Notes under the pieces: model-generated
Database searches by the model: none
The model's input: only the letters and a program-made list of their open reading frames with translations
What the model was told of the DNA's origin: nothing
Translations under genes and position numbers: made by a program
Shown: piece by piece, positions 62,455-64,000 of the stretch
Layout: each line of letters starts with the position of its first letter
Position numbering within the stretch: the stretch's first letter is position 1
Assembly (NCBI GenBank): GCA_053919585.1
Contig: CM132819.1
Length of the DNA stretch: 64,000 nt
Origin: Euprymna scolopes
Taxonomy: Eukaryota
Direction: 5' to 3' (one strand)

Positions 62455-62751
62455 GGAGTGGCTGGTTACTTTTAATGCATCTAAAACCAAGCTTCTCTCT
62501 TTACATCATCAACATTCTGATTCCCATCTGGCATCAATTGAAATGAATGGCTTCCGTCTTCAGGAGGCCTCAAGTTTTGACAAGCTTCTGGGCTTGACAA
62601 TTACTCCTGATCTTAAATGGAACACGTACATCACATCTGTTGGCAGGGCCGCTGGGAAAATGGTGGGATCTTTCTATCGATCCAGTAGATATCTCACTGC
62701 TGATGCAATTCTCTATCTATATAAGAGCCAGGTACGTCCAAGGATGGAATT
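62455..62751 (+). mobile_element. Inverted segment of the adjacent CR1/L2-group LINE
   Basis: EWLVTFNASKTKLLS..LLGLTITPDLKWNTYI..GKMVGSFYRSSRYL..YKSQVRPRME, which is the direct continuation of the minus-strand piece. Confidence 0.92.
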
Positions 62752-64000
62752 CCAGCCACTCCATTCCCCATTGTACCACGTGCTCAAGATCAGAAGAGAG
62801 AGAATCAGTGAGAACTTAGTCGTTTACTGTCTTAGATGTGCTACCATAAATGGTAGTGTCATCAGCATAAATGTCTACAAATGATGTAAGGATGTGATTT
62901 GGAAGATCATTATGTAGATTAGGAAAATATTTGGGCCCAGGGTGTACCCCTGAGGGACACCAGCATTAATACTGTGAGCTTATGATTTCTGCCCATAAAC
63001 TACTACTCTTATGAACTTATCAGAAAGAAATGATTTAATAATTGATAAGACATTTCCAGCTATACCATAGCTAGAGATCTTGTGAAGTAAACATTTATGC
63101 CATATCCTATCAAAGTCCTTAGATATGTCAAGAGCAATTGCCCTAGAAAGGTTGCCAATGTCGAGAGATTTGATAATCCTATGAGATATAAGTGTAAACA
63201 CATCTGCTCTAGATCTAGCAGAACGGAAACCATATTGAGTGTCACTAAGAAGGTTATTTTTGTTGAGATGGTTGATTACTTCTGTATTTAACACAGCTTC
63301 CAGCAACTTACTCATGACGCACAGGAGACTTATTGACCTGTACTGAGAGGGGGATGACCGATCATCTGAATACTTAAATACAGGGCATACTGATGAGATT
63401 TTCCAGAGTGATGGGAAACTATTCTCAGTAAGACAACGTTTAAACAGTTTTGTAAGTATGGGCGCTAGTTCTGGTTGAAGTATTTTGAGTATTATAATTG
63501 GAATACCGACAGGGCCGGTTGCTTTACTGGAATCAAGGTTTTTGATTAGCTTACGTACAGATATATGTATATCACATAGCGTGTTTTCTGATACAGGAGG
63601 AAATATTAGGCGTCGGCGGCCTTGGTCGCAAAGGGTAGAATTATCTGCAAAGTTCTTGGCAAAGAGTTTGGCTTTGTCTGCTGCTGACGAGATTACCTCA
63701 GGTCCATTGATAATTGTTGAGATAGAGCACACGGTTCTATTTAGGATTCTGTTTGCTATTTGCCAAAACTGGTTGGAACTAAGCCGCTGCTCAGTTACTT
63801 TGGAATTGACGGATTGAGCATTCAACTCTCTTGCGTTATTTATTACTTTCTTACAGTTGTTGCTGGCAGTACTGAAAGCGCCTTTAGTTTCCATACATCT
63901 ATTACGTTGGAAGCAGTGGAAAAAGTGATTTCTGTGCCCAATGGCAGCAGCACATTCTGGAGAGAACCATGGCTGGCTGTTAGGTTTTTGCTGGAACTTT
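62752..64000 (-). mobile_element. CR1/L2-group LINE ORF2 reverse transcriptase region (disrupted; 304-aa open segment 62980-63894)
   Basis: KATGPVGIP, FPSLWK, YRSISLL, QYGFRS, ALDISKDFDRIWH, then after a stop INAGVPQG, DIYADDT, DLEHVVQWGMEWL. Continues beyond the window edge. Confidence 0.96.

Noticed and set aside
25894-62751. The 25.9 kb CR1 fragment starts where the 62.7 kb piece ends, suggesting one rearranged element
   Set aside because: The 25.9 kb piece sits within a Dong-like element that continues on both sides, so an independent 5'-truncated insertion is simpler.
62980-63894. Functional reverse transcriptase gene
   Set aside because: A stop precedes the GVPQG/YADD motifs, frameshifts follow and the downstream part is inverted.

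Overview
AT-rich, microsatellite-dense eukaryotic DNA, most consistent with an invertebrate animal genome (species not determinable from sequence alone), with 14 short N-runs. No intact host protein-coding gene, rRNA, functional tRNA or CRISPR array is supported, and many listed ORFs are artefacts of (TA)n/(CA)n/(GA)n tracts or Ns. The window is mostly decayed transposons: about eight CR1/L2-group LINE fragments, one HERO-like and two R4/Dong-like restriction-like-endonuclease LINEs, two mariner relics, a Tc1 relic, a TA-flanked MITE, non-autonomous Helitron/Helentron elements and possible solo LTRs. The most notable signal is a set of short elements that join a tRNA-like Pol III head (A/B boxes) to a type I hammerhead ribozyme. 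The copy at 10532-10575 (minus strand) has an intact core and all three stems. Related elements lie at about 5.5, 28.9 and 51.9 kb, and further hammerhead-like relics sit in Penelope-style inverted repeats. A 429-bp Helitron (42003-42431) can be bounded exactly using neighbouring empty repeat copies. A few candidate small spliced exons (7866-8054 and 50939-51007, minus strand) suggest the window may be intronic. All alignments and folds were done by eye; no database search was run.
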